This document shows positions 19,601 through 25,892 of a stretch of DNA of 30,391 bases, piece by piece. Source of the DNA: a virus (lineage: Duplodnaviria; Caudoviricetes); IMG/VR virus record IMGVR_UViG_3300043444_000408, positions 1 through 30,391 of that record; one strand, given 5' to 3'. A program made the position numbers and the translations under genes. The notes below the pieces were generated by a model, which had not been told where the DNA came from, made no database searches, and saw only the letters and a program-made list of their open reading frames with translations. Each line of letters starts with the position of its first letter. Positions within the stretch are counted from its first letter, which is position 1.

Positions 19601-19721
19601 TCAGCTTGGCAAGCCTCTTGGCTACCTTGCTGATGTGGCTCAAGAGAAGGTTCAGCCCGAAGGCGCGACCGATGTTGTGCGCGGTCTTGTCTCTGGAAAA
19701 GATGTCAACAGGAAAGATTAA
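10626..19721 (+). CDS. Giant internal virion / large polyvalent protein (~3031 aa) with ART-like, glycosylase-like and HExxH domains
   Basis: ATG at 10626 follows AAGGA and the upstream stop. Contains YHGT...GYDG, LSPQ...TIDTH, HYS...GFDG and STFLHETAH motifs, plus a hydrophobic C-terminal region. T7 gp16-like position. Confidence 0.85.
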   Translation: MAGSDDLLNSWKQERSLTLEPVGEINKPSASDQLINGWKANQEQRFAISVQSAVKIDPNNAAQIQQLAKELSLPTDVVERNKADLDAFVRSRRIEMAVLARNNPVLAQQFGNPDFAAVAHDDYNNLSRTERVMRWFKEIPEDAAKGWQVGRLQSEQGLLGERAMVGAADEQMWKRINEINAKTKELKGTGGFIESASKILGQMSYTLPEAVQYGEAAALTAGGAALIAGQVGPQVAVPEEIVTVPTATVGGFVAGMTAKMAEQSYRIEAGQAYLDMIKDGVDKNIARNVSAGVGLVNATLEVVGIGYVAAPLKKALTQAVTEEVTKALVKPTVKQAMIEFGKNYGKAWTAETSTEIFQEISTIAGEEIAKSMSKQDFESKINTPEGRAEIAQRLAGVFEEVGKGMALLAIPGAAINFKGDYSRAKEAQRQEQFFTELGSASTDSELRKRSPDVFHNLISEQAAAAGVENIYVDGAKFAQSMRESGVTIDDLRKTMPAVAEQIDNAVASGTDIVVPTGDYATHIAPTDFGKVLLQHARADVDAMSASDLKEFEQQKRDFIKQAAEVALEKNANNEEFGKAAKEVENLMFVQLKETGKFTDNMARMNAQFVRDFVVTQAARQNIMPTDYYSRYMYKVTTEGQPVFSQEVLDDAANVLTATPEFQKWFGSSIMKSQDGKPMVLYHGTADSVEQFDFDHPSRKDSGWLGTGVYLTDSTDMADLYAMQKRRAGKAGENVMPLYARLENPYYATAEDKAAIKAGGREAADAFTAKLKSEGYDGVIYQVADDAREIVVFDNKAVKSIFNEGTWSRGTANLLKQSLSTRLPSAVKATEDPLGETLNINFDVTLSDPVTLAKNVKVLQETPNMRKLTGKGAKDPVRNAEAFIDHVVENLLMLHDAFPAEMRERAELWYDGGRKTVEAWANRYGISEMQGAAAIAVLSPQNGWFPNVSAAERVADIVFGMRDFRWDDAMTAEANRITKGEPDAKMQEAMGKTLNELLANPDLAARWVRVYDQTYNNRAYRILTPEGGAADYAKTAGGNDATMAWKSYATIAKAISIYTDGRAENVYYQLGREHKVRNFYNNLFAPNSDLGFTTIDTHAVAAALLRPLAANDTEVVQAFGSAGSASSSMTGLNGTYPLYLEAYRRAAEARGILPRQMQSVTWEAVRGLFEAAKKSGLKEGANAIWERYKKGEIEQAQAQQEIMKLAGGITAPSWSKVPFNDTVTRTYEGPAQAAIDAAGDKGAAFSDTNPRVFFEVAPDPNDKALTEQWNLLPDEEKSRISQQIATAIVPKVLEEVGTNGEFTMQLGGYEGATNPSMTLAVDRPELALTAAKLLGFALSQDSMMIVSEKQVVGTEAVGAVSIDLPEGYGEKEIRALYDKLWELERDGKKLIGGHTTANGHMVILNYSGLPNEELSLIIDQHLDGQFTVRENTVFSSFPNKEEYNYAGDQESTAAGRAPAQRRANSLRAEATQLLRDQLGGGVFRQAPAARAGGIAPLRAGDLEVTQRYGEPKPGATSVVGIHYSRESRGTLSGYFYGTGLKGAEKARLDGSPDGRLRQRIHFYVDTGAGVRPESGVGGNVHAVNLDNLYDVSADPLGIRKTVEAITGRDDKGFWFNEVETAILDAGFDGVYVPGAQGNQGVAVLLGNHSVQVDQKGAIQQRAAEAPAEPRSTRMRYALLSAEIRQYSEQEAAIKKAAPSANLAAGTLTFDEADRAAIEGFFPGAVKSARFMQPARGGFDPQRLMTILTEKSDNSTFLHETAHFFLTVYADMAMQPNAPQQVKDDMNALLKWFGVKDLETWNNMSIDEQRKYHEQFAYNYEIYLFEGKAPSIKLQTLFDRFSAWLRRVYISIRDDLNETYKQEHGTDLPILTGEVRQVMDRMVASDEQIKQAETVRNMVPMYQTQAQANMTDAEWAAYQDAMREATDTASAELTAASMRQMKWLANARSRVLKEMQKATADTRKQVRAEVEEEVRNDPLYKAMNWLKRGEMVDEQGNEIKAEAGFKLSIESVKAMYPESDAGLASVPDYRKLGFGKYGMLADEGLHPDIVADMFGFRSGDALVRSLLDAKKFSEEVEARTDERMLNEYGEMTDPKAIEVAVERALHNEARARFVATELRFIAKAMRPVRIMLEAAKQAARTALSNKAIGTIKPREYSMAEARAAKAAEEHMKKGETTKAVQAKQQQLLNNQLAAESIKANTEVAKALEFFKKVFAKDEKIAKSRDMNLVSAARAILANYGLGATDMSAGAYLEKVKAYDPEFYAEIEPMITAHQQTGKPVEQLTYDEFIDMRDQVQALWHLSKQINTIEIDGKKVSRDEAVKELTDRIDVVDTKKERAGYKKAITDKEKGKIMLMGARAALRRVESWVDVMDGGKADGPFRKYIWTPISEAVAKYRIAKTDYLEQYLNIIKGVEKGLNAGSISAVEIGYEFKNKAELLHAILHTGNESNKRKLLLGREWAFENEDGTMNTTQWDTFLQRMYAEKILTKADYDFAQNVWDLLEKMKPEAQRVHRDMYGFYFNEITADAIETPFGVYRGGYVPAVTDPWIVTDAAVRNEQETQATDNSYMFPTTGRGFTKGRVDYNKPLILDLGYLPSHIDKVLRFTYIEPRVKDVAKIVKTNKTFAASMDQLDPTIRGDMLVPWLQRTAQQMIQMPMKGMGGKLAHKFFSEVRNRTGMQMMVANITNALQQITGLSIAAVKVAPKYLRDALWTYVRQPTVTANMVAEKSEYMRTRMSNTQFEVNKQIEELLVDPSKYEKLRDFANKHGYFMQQGMQNMVDTMVWVGAYNEAVAKGVDTDIEAVRIADAAVRQTQGSFAPEDVSRFETGNAFVRAFTMFYSYFNMQANLLGTEFTKTVREFGVKKGMGRLLYVYVFAFMIPAVLSEIIVQGAGGFDDGDDDEYDMYDAMSLFFGSQARTALAMVPVLGSSITAGFNMWNEKPYDDRISTSASISALEATVRAPKSLYDAIAEDKSWRKAVRDTLTAIGMITGLPLGQLGKPLGYLADVAQEKVQPEGATDVVRGLVSGKDVNRKD
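14847..14875 (+). promoter_or_regulatory. Intragenic sigma70-like promoter TTGCCA-N17-GATAAT
   Basis: -35 at 14847-14852 and -10 at 14870-14875 each match consensus 5/6, with a 17-nt spacer. About 80 nt upstream of a nested ORF with AGGAGG. Confidence 0.6.
14956..15243 (+). CDS. Overprinted 95-aa protein in the +1 frame of the giant gene (MPVIKNQPLPDGHPLKDGLIVFG...)
   Basis: AAGGAGG at 14940-14946, 9 nt before the ATG, and an upstream promoter. The host frame switches to AGA/CGG/CGA/GGA codons across this interval. Confidence 0.6.
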   Translation: MPVIKNQPLPDGHPLKDGLIVFGQKQPNSSETSSEAASSGKPPRQELEASRLYEQEISKLPSDTVSQNPAQPQSLESTILANLGELSPGTSTEQD

Positions 19722-19754
19722 GGTACCCGTAACAATGACTCAGACATTTAGCCT
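19722..19754 (+). promoter_or_regulatory. Putative late promoter 3: GGTACCCGTA-N17-TAGCCT
   Basis: 10-mer at 19722-19731 and TAGCCT at 19749-19754. Upstream of AGGAG and the tail fibre ATG. Confidence 0.7.
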
Positions 19755-19781
19755 TCAACATAACCAATCAGGAGTCCATCT

Positions 19782-22775
19782 ATGACGATCTCCAGTCAAA
19801 CCCGCAAAGCCGGACCATTTGTCGGCAGTGGGTCAACAGGTCCGTACTCATTCGCCTTTAAGGTATTTCAGGCGTCGGATCTGCTCGTCGTGAAATTGGA
19901 TGTCGCGACCAATGTCGAAACAACGCTCACGCTGACCACTGACTACACCGTATCTCTGAATGCCGACCAGAACTCGAATCCGGGCGGCACGATCACTCTT
20001 GTGTCTGCGCTGGCTGTGGGCAAGAAGATGGTCATTAGCTCGCAGGTGCCTTACCTGCAAGAGACCGATCTGACAAACCAAGGCGGCTTCTATCCTGAAG
20101 TGATTACCGATGCGCTCGACAAGCTGACCATTGAAGCACAGCAGCTCAAAGAAGAGGTCGACCGCTCTGCCAAACTTCCGATCACGAGTGCTGCCGACGC
20201 TGATGCGCTGGTTGCTGACATCGTGCGTATTGCAGACAGTGCCGACAACATTGACACCGTTGCAAACAACATCGGCAATGTGAACAACACTGGCAACAAC
20301 ATCGCCAATGTCAACATGGTTGCTGGCAGCATTGCAAATGTCAACACTGTTGCGACGAATGTGGCAAGCGTAAACACAGCAGCCACCAACATTGCGTCAA
20401 TCAACACTGTCGCGTCAGATCTTAACGAGCCGGTGTCTGAGATTGAAACTGTTGCAGGGTCAATTACCAATGTCAACACCGTTGGCAACAACATCGCAAA
20501 TGTAAATACCGTCGCTGGCGTAAGCGCCAATGTGACGACCGTCGCTGGCATCTCAGCCAATGTGACCACTGTGGCAAATAACAATGCCAATGTGACCACG
20601 GCTGCGACCAATATCAATGCCATCAATACTGTAGCAAACGACTTGAATGAACCGGTGTCTGAAATTGACACAGTCGCAACCAACATTGCGAATGTCAATA
20701 CTGTAGGCAACAACATTGCAAGCGTAAACACTGCCGCAGGGAACAACGCAAACATCACAACCGTTGCAACGAACATTGCAAATGTCAACACAGTCGGAAC
20801 AAACATTGCCAATGTGAATGCGGTGGCTGGCAACAACACCAACATCACTGCTGTCGCTGGCAACTCGACTAACATCAACGCGGTTGCAACCAACGCGGTC
20901 AACATTAACACCGCCGCGACAAACATCGCTGCAATCAATACTGTTGCCGCTGATCTAAACGAACCTGTCAGCGAGATCGACACGGTTGCCGTGAACATAG
21001 CAAATGTAAACACGGTCGGCACCAACATGGCTGATGTGATCACGACTGCTGGTATTGCTGGCAATGTGAACACGGTGGCTGGTATTGCTCCAAATGTAAC
21101 AACTGTTGCTGGCATTAGCGCAAATGTGACCACGGTTGCAGGCATCTCTGCGGCTGTCTCTGATGTGGCTGCAATCGACACCGATGTGACCGCTGTTGCC
21201 GCAATCGACTCTGATGTGACGACTGTTGCAGGCGTTGCATCCGACATTCCAACTGTGGCAGCCAATGTGTCCAGCATCAACGACTATGCCGACACCTACC
21301 AAGGCGCAAAAACTACAGCTCCAACGCTACGCAACAACGGCGGCGCCCTGCAAGAAGGCGACATGTACTTCAACACGACCAGCGACACGATGTTTGTGTA
21401 TGGCACCGGTGGTTGGGTACCTGCTGGCTCTTCTGTCAACGGCACAAGCCAACGCTACAAGTATGTTGCTACGGCTGGTCAAACGAGCTTTAGTGGCACT
21501 GATGCAAACGGCAACACGCTGACCTATGACGCTGGTTTCATCGATGTGTACCTGAACGGCGTGCACCTTGACCCAAGCGACTACACGGCAACGACCGGTA
21601 CAAGCATTGTGCTTGGCTCTGCTGCTGCGCTAAACGACGAGCTTTATGTCGTCGCGTTTGGCACATTCAATGTGGCATCGTTCAACGGCTCTGGTCTTGT
21701 CGACAACACGGTCAACATCAGCAAGTTAAATGCAACTGGCACTCGCAGTGCCGCAACTGCTTTGCGTGGCGACAATACTTTTGCAGACATCACTCCAACT
21801 GAAATCTCAGATCAAGCAAACACCAGCACTGGCTACATGATGATGCCGGTTGGTACCACTGCACAACGACCCGGAACTCCTGCGGTTGGCATGTACCGCA
21901 TGAACACAACAACCAATGAGCCTGAATGGTATGACTCTGTTAATGCAGCATGGGTTCGGTTTAGTGGAAATACATATGGAGTTCAGTATTTGGTGGTGGC
22001 TGGTGGCGCTGGTGGTGCTGGCGACCTTGCTGGTGGCGGAGGCGCTGGTGGATACATTGCCTCTGAACAAGCCGTCACAATAGGATCAAGTTTCGCCGTT
22101 GTAATTGGCGCTGGCGGCGCTGGCGGAAACAACGCAAGACCAAATGCTGGCGGCGTAAATGGTTCAAACACAACCGGCTTTGGAAATACCGCTATAGGCG
22201 GAGGAACCTCTCAAGGCTACAGAACAGCAACATCTTCTGCTGGTACTTCTGGCGGTTCCGGAGGGGGCGGCTCTGCTGTAGACAATTCTTCATATAGTGG
22301 CGCACCCGGATCAGGAACATCAGGACAAGGAAATGCTGGTGGACCCGGTGGATATTCTCCTAACTATGGTGGTGGCGGCGGAGGCGGTGCTAATGCGGTT
22401 GGTGGTAATGCAATAGGCTCTGTAACTGGCGCCAACGGCGGTGCTGGTAAACAATGGCTTAACGGCTCTTATTATGGCGGCGGCGGGGGTGGCGGCGGAT
22501 ATAGTGTTGTCACATCAACTCAATCGTCTGGCGGTATTGGTGGTGGCGGCGCTGGAGGTATTGGAGCAGGCACAGCAGTCGCTGGAACAGCCAACACTGG
22601 AGGCGGTGGTGGTGGTGGTGGATATTCGGGAGCCGCAACAGCAGGTGCCGCTGGTGGCTCGGGTATTGTCATTGTTCGCTACCTCGGACCACAGCGCGGC
22701 ACAGGCGGCACAGTGACCAGCGCAGGCGGCTACACCTACCACACCTTCACATCGTCTGGCACATTCACGGCATAA
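19782..22775 (+). CDS. Tail fibre protein: N-terminal tail-attachment domain, decad-repeat shaft, Gly-rich C-terminal domain
   Basis: 997 aa. N-terminus (AGPF.G.G....FAFKVF...DL.V...YPEVITDALDKLT) is typical of podovirus fibre adaptors, followed by NVNTVA repeats and a poly-Gly C-terminus. Confidence 0.85.
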   Translation: MTISSQTRKAGPFVGSGSTGPYSFAFKVFQASDLLVVKLDVATNVETTLTLTTDYTVSLNADQNSNPGGTITLVSALAVGKKMVISSQVPYLQETDLTNQGGFYPEVITDALDKLTIEAQQLKEEVDRSAKLPITSAADADALVADIVRIADSADNIDTVANNIGNVNNTGNNIANVNMVAGSIANVNTVATNVASVNTAATNIASINTVASDLNEPVSEIETVAGSITNVNTVGNNIANVNTVAGVSANVTTVAGISANVTTVANNNANVTTAATNINAINTVANDLNEPVSEIDTVATNIANVNTVGNNIASVNTAAGNNANITTVATNIANVNTVGTNIANVNAVAGNNTNITAVAGNSTNINAVATNAVNINTAATNIAAINTVAADLNEPVSEIDTVAVNIANVNTVGTNMADVITTAGIAGNVNTVAGIAPNVTTVAGISANVTTVAGISAAVSDVAAIDTDVTAVAAIDSDVTTVAGVASDIPTVAANVSSINDYADTYQGAKTTAPTLRNNGGALQEGDMYFNTTSDTMFVYGTGGWVPAGSSVNGTSQRYKYVATAGQTSFSGTDANGNTLTYDAGFIDVYLNGVHLDPSDYTATTGTSIVLGSAAALNDELYVVAFGTFNVASFNGSGLVDNTVNISKLNATGTRSAATALRGDNTFADITPTEISDQANTSTGYMMMPVGTTAQRPGTPAVGMYRMNTTTNEPEWYDSVNAAWVRFSGNTYGVQYLVVAGGAGGAGDLAGGGGAGGYIASEQAVTIGSSFAVVIGAGGAGGNNARPNAGGVNGSNTTGFGNTAIGGGTSQGYRTATSSAGTSGGSGGGGSAVDNSSYSGAPGSGTSGQGNAGGPGGYSPNYGGGGGGGANAVGGNAIGSVTGANGGAGKQWLNGSYYGGGGGGGGYSVVTSTQSSGGIGGGGAGGIGAGTAVAGTANTGGGGGGGGYSGAATAGAAGGSGIVIVRYLGPQRGTGGTVTSAGGYTYHTFTSSGTFTA
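20245..21285 (+). repeat. Degenerate 30-bp (10-aa) coding repeats, consensus about NIANVNTVAx
   Basis: Visible in the translation. Three DLNEPVSEI(E/D)TVA units start at 20418, 20640 and 20952. Confidence 0.9.
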
Positions 22776-22784
22776 GGAATCGAT

Positions 22785-24131
22785 ATGAGCAAAGCACGAA
22801 ACATGGCAAGAATGGGGCAGGACACAAGTGCCGGGTATACCGGTGCTTTTGACATGCCTGCCGGTACAACTGCTGAACGACCAGCGTCTGCTGGTCTTGG
22901 TTGGACTCGACTAAACACCGACACAGGATCTGTTGAGGTGTACGACGGCACCAACTGGAACGCTGTGACGCGCCCGTTTATCTCTGGAGTTACTGGAAAT
23001 ATTTTTGCTAGCGCGGCAACAAATCTTGTTGTATCTGGTCAAAACTTTACAAGCACAATCACTGTTCGTTTTCTTGAGGGTGGATCAACGCTTGCTGATG
23101 TGACAGGTGTATCTGTTTTAAACGGATCTGCAACTGTTGCAGTGCCTTCCGCTGTGTATGGTCAAACTGTTGGCGACACAATTTTGGTTAGAGTAATTAA
23201 CAGCGACGGAACTACCAGCGCAAATGAAACAAGCAAAACTGTACTTGCATTACCAACAGGCGGAACAATTACAACATCTGGCTCCTACAGGATTCACACA
23301 TTTACAAGTTCTTCGTCGCTTGTTGTTCCAACAGGAGTCAGTTTAACTGCGGATTACCTTGTTGTTGCTGGCGGAGCATCTGGTGGAGGTAACTTATCTG
23401 GAGGTGGCGGTGCTGGAGGTTTGCTTTCAGGAAGCACAACAATCTCAACGCAAACTTATGGCATTACTGTTGGCGCTGGCGGGGCTGGTATTGTTGGTTC
23501 ACAAACAGGCGTAAGAGGAAACAATGGATCAAACACAACCGCGTTTGGATTAACTGCAATTGGTGGTGGTGGTGGTGGCGGCGGCGAATCAACAGCGCCT
23601 GCATCCGGTGGATCTGGCGGAGGTGGAACTGGATATAGTACTGGAGGCTCTGCTTCTGGAAACGGAGCGGCAGGTACTGCTGGGCAAGGTTACGCTGGTG
23701 GAAACGCTGGCTTTGGTGCTCCTGATTACCCGGGCGCAGGTGGTGGCGGCGCTGGAGGCGTTGGTGGATCTCCATCAAGTGCGGCTTCAAATGCCGGGAA
23801 TGGTGGACCGGGTGCATTAAATGCAATCAATGGTTCATCTTTATATTGGGCTGGCGGTGGCGGTGGCGGATCTTATGTAGATCCATATAACGCTGGCAAC
23901 GGTGGAATTGGCGGCGGAGGCGGCGGCGGTTGCGACAATGGATCTGCTGGAACTGGCGGAGGTTCTGCATTAAATTCTGGATCTTCTGGAACATCTGGTG
24001 GATCTGGCAACGGTGGAAATGCTGGCGCAAATACAGGCGGTGGCGGCGGCGGCACTTCACATCAAAGAACAAGCTGGCCTACATCCGGATCTGGTGGATC
24101 AGGTATCGTCATCATCCGTTACGCACTTTAA
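22785..24131 (+). CDS. Gly-rich tail-associated protein (second fibre/receptor-binding candidate)
   Basis: 448 aa. MP.GTTA.RP...R.NT.T...E.YD motif is shared with the preceding gene, followed by an Ig-like beta segment and a YLVVAGG...GGSGIVIIRY Gly-rich domain. Confidence 0.7.
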   Translation: MSKARNMARMGQDTSAGYTGAFDMPAGTTAERPASAGLGWTRLNTDTGSVEVYDGTNWNAVTRPFISGVTGNIFASAATNLVVSGQNFTSTITVRFLEGGSTLADVTGVSVLNGSATVAVPSAVYGQTVGDTILVRVINSDGTTSANETSKTVLALPTGGTITTSGSYRIHTFTSSSSLVVPTGVSLTADYLVVAGGASGGGNLSGGGGAGGLLSGSTTISTQTYGITVGAGGAGIVGSQTGVRGNNGSNTTAFGLTAIGGGGGGGGESTAPASGGSGGGGTGYSTGGSASGNGAAGTAGQGYAGGNAGFGAPDYPGAGGGGAGGVGGSPSSAASNAGNGGPGALNAINGSSLYWAGGGGGGSYVDPYNAGNGGIGGGGGGGCDNGSAGTGGGSALNSGSSGTSGGSGNGGNAGANTGGGGGGTSHQRTSWPTSGSGGSGIVIIRYAL

Positions 24132-24144
24132 TTAGGAGAAGCAC

Positions 24145-24528
24145 ATGGCACATTTTGCAAAAGTAAACAACGGGATCGTCGAGCAAGTCATCGTCGCCGA
24201 TCCAGAATTCTTTGACACCTTTGTCGATTCGTCGCCGGGTCAATGGATTCAAACTTCATACAACACTCGTGGTGGCGTGCACTACAACCCTGATACCAAC
24301 GAACCTTCTGCGGACCAGAGCAAGGCTCTACGCAAGAACTACGCAGGCATTGGGTACAGCTACGACGCAACGCGTGATGCATTCATTCCTCCAAAGCCTT
24401 ATGCAAGCTGGGTGCTCGATGAGCAGACTTGCTTGTGGAACGCTCCTGTGCCATACCCTACTGATGGCAAGCGTTACCAGTGGGACGAGGCAACAACGAG
24501 CTGGGTTGAAGTACCCGAGCAGCCATAA
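24145..24528 (+). CDS. Conserved phage protein following Gly-rich tail genes (possible fibre assembly/accessory)
   Basis: 127 aa with MAHFAK...WIQTSYNT...LRKNYAGIGYSYD..RDAFIPPKPY.SW. AGGAG RBS. Confidence 0.65.
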   Translation: MAHFAKVNNGIVEQVIVADPEFFDTFVDSSPGQWIQTSYNTRGGVHYNPDTNEPSADQSKALRKNYAGIGYSYDATRDAFIPPKPYASWVLDEQTCLWNAPVPYPTDGKRYQWDEATTSWVEVPEQP

Positions 24529-24537
24529 GGATGAAAC

Positions 24538-24804
24538 ATGGATCAAATGATTTTCAACTGGGCGGTCGCTGCCGCTGGTGCAGCGGGCGGTTGGATTCTT
24601 AAAGTCATCTGGGACGCAATCGTGGAACTGAAAAAAGATCTGCGCCAAATGGATGTGAAGATGCACGAAGACTTTGTGCGTCGCGACGATTTCAAAGAAG
24701 CAGTCGGTGAGATCAAGCAGGACATGAAGGATGGCTTCAACAAGATTGACAACACGCTTGGGCTAATCTTTAAGAAGCTCGAGAAGAAAGAAGACAAGGA
24801 ATAG
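24538..24804 (+). CDS. Small membrane protein, one TM plus coiled coil (holin/antiholin-like)
   Basis: 88 aa with a hydrophobic N-terminus (IFNWAVAAAGAAGGWILKVIW) and a charged heptad C-terminus. Starts the lysis block. Confidence 0.5.
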   Translation: MDQMIFNWAVAAAGAAGGWILKVIWDAIVELKKDLRQMDVKMHEDFVRRDDFKEAVGEIKQDMKDGFNKIDNTLGLIFKKLEKKEDKE

Positions 24805-24806
24805 TC

Positions 24807-25223
24807 ATGGCAACAAAAGGCACGCTGCTGTACGGCGAATCTGGTGGCGCATCGAGCAAAGATGCATCAGCTTTCATTTCAAAATTACTGCACGGCGTAA
24901 CAGTCGCGCACATGCATCACCTGATGGTGACCGGTCCCGGCAGCTACGCAAAGCACGAGGCGCTTGGCGACTTGTACGAAGGTCTTGCTGGCGCTGCTGA
25001 TACTCTTGCCGAGGCATTCATTGGCTGCACCGGTCAGGCGCTTGCGTTTGCTGGCGGTCCTTTTGAAATGAGCGCAGATCCTGTTGCTGATGTGCAGAAG
25101 CTGTACGACTATGTCGAGACCGAGCGCAAAGCTATGAGCACTGAGTCTCACATTCAAAACGAAGTCGACGAAGTTTGCACGCTGCTGTCGAGCACTTTGT
25201 ACAAGCTGCGTCGATTGGCTTAA
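24807..25223 (+). CDS. Ferritin/Dps-like four-helix protein (DUF5856-like)
   Basis: 138 aa with H.HHL....SYAKHEALGDLYE......D.LAE, matching Dps ferroxidase-type H/D/E spacing, and C-terminal TLYKL..L. Confidence 0.7.
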   Translation: MATKGTLLYGESGGASSKDASAFISKLLHGVTVAHMHHLMVTGPGSYAKHEALGDLYEGLAGAADTLAEAFIGCTGQALAFAGGPFEMSADPVADVQKLYDYVETERKAMSTESHIQNEVDEVCTLLSSTLYKLRRLA

Positions 25224-25225
25224 CG

Positions 25226-25444
25226 ATGGTTGACCATGTGGATCGCTGGAAGAACCGGCGCCGCATGGCGTGGGTCTCGCTAGTCGCGGGGCTGTCTTTC
25301 CCGCTTCTATTGCTGGTCACTGACTCAAAGCAGCTTGGCGATATTGCGATGCCTTTTTACATGTTTGTGAGCGCAGTGGTTGGCGCGTACATTGGATTCG
25401 CCACAGTCGATGACAAATGGCAAAAAGGAGGGCGCGATGTTTGA
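25226..25444 (+). CDS. Putative holin (two TM segments)
   Basis: 72 aa with RWKNRRRMAW, two hydrophobic stretches and AYIGFATVDDK. Directly upstream of the spanins. Confidence 0.6.
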   Translation: MVDHVDRWKNRRRMAWVSLVAGLSFPLLLLVTDSKQLGDIAMPFYMFVSAVVGAYIGFATVDDKWQKGGRDV

Positions 25445-25892
25445 TCTACGCACGACAGCAATTGCAGGTGTCATCGTTGCAGTGCTGGCTGGCTTTGCTG
25501 GTTGGACCGCAAACGGATGGCGCCTGAATGCAAAGATTGATCAGATCAACCGGGAGCATGCAGAGCAGCTCGCAAAGTCAAATGCTGACGCGCTGGCTCG
25601 ATACGCTGCACTTGAGAAACAGAAACAGGAGGCAATCGATGAAGCAAACAAACAAGCGCAGCGCAACGCTCGTGCTGCCACTGATGCTCGTAATGAGCTT
25701 GAGCGCCTGCGCCAGCAGGTCACCGGTAGCGCCTTCGGTTTGTCCACCTCTACCTGTGCCTCCACCCGTCGTTATGCAGCAACCCTCTCAACCGTATTCC
25801 AAGAGTGTGTCGGACAGCTTGAAGAGATGGCAAAAGATGCTGACGGACACGCCCTTGATTCAAGAACCCTGATGAATGCATTTCCAAAATGA
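25437..25892 (+). CDS. Inner-membrane spanin (Rz-like)
   Basis: ATG at 25437 after AGGAGG. N-terminal TM segment (GWTANGWR) followed by a coiled coil; contains an embedded lipoprotein ORF. Confidence 0.8.
   Translation: MFDLRTTAIAGVIVAVLAGFAGWTANGWRLNAKIDQINREHAEQLAKSNADALARYAALEKQKQEAIDEANKQAQRNARAATDARNELERLRQQVTGSAFGLSTSTCASTRRYAATLSTVFQECVGQLEEMAKDADGHALDSRTLMNAFPK
25639..25872 (+). CDS. Outer-membrane spanin lipoprotein (Rz1-like), embedded in Rz
   Basis: AGGAGG at 25627-25632. MKQTNKRSATLVLPLMLVMSLSAC signal with lipobox, Pro-rich mature part (CPPLPVPPP), +1 frame inside Rz. Confidence 0.82.
   Translation: MKQTNKRSATLVLPLMLVMSLSACASRSPVAPSVCPPLPVPPPVVMQQPSQPYSKSVSDSLKRWQKMLTDTPLIQEP

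Noticed and set aside
20245-21285. CRISPR-like array
   Set aside because: The repeats are degenerate, in frame and conserved at protein level, with no repeat-spacer structure.
19782-24528. Diversity-generating retroelement as in BPP-1
   Set aside because: No reverse transcriptase ORF and no adenine-mismatched TR/VR repeat pair was seen in this window. One could still lie elsewhere in the genome.
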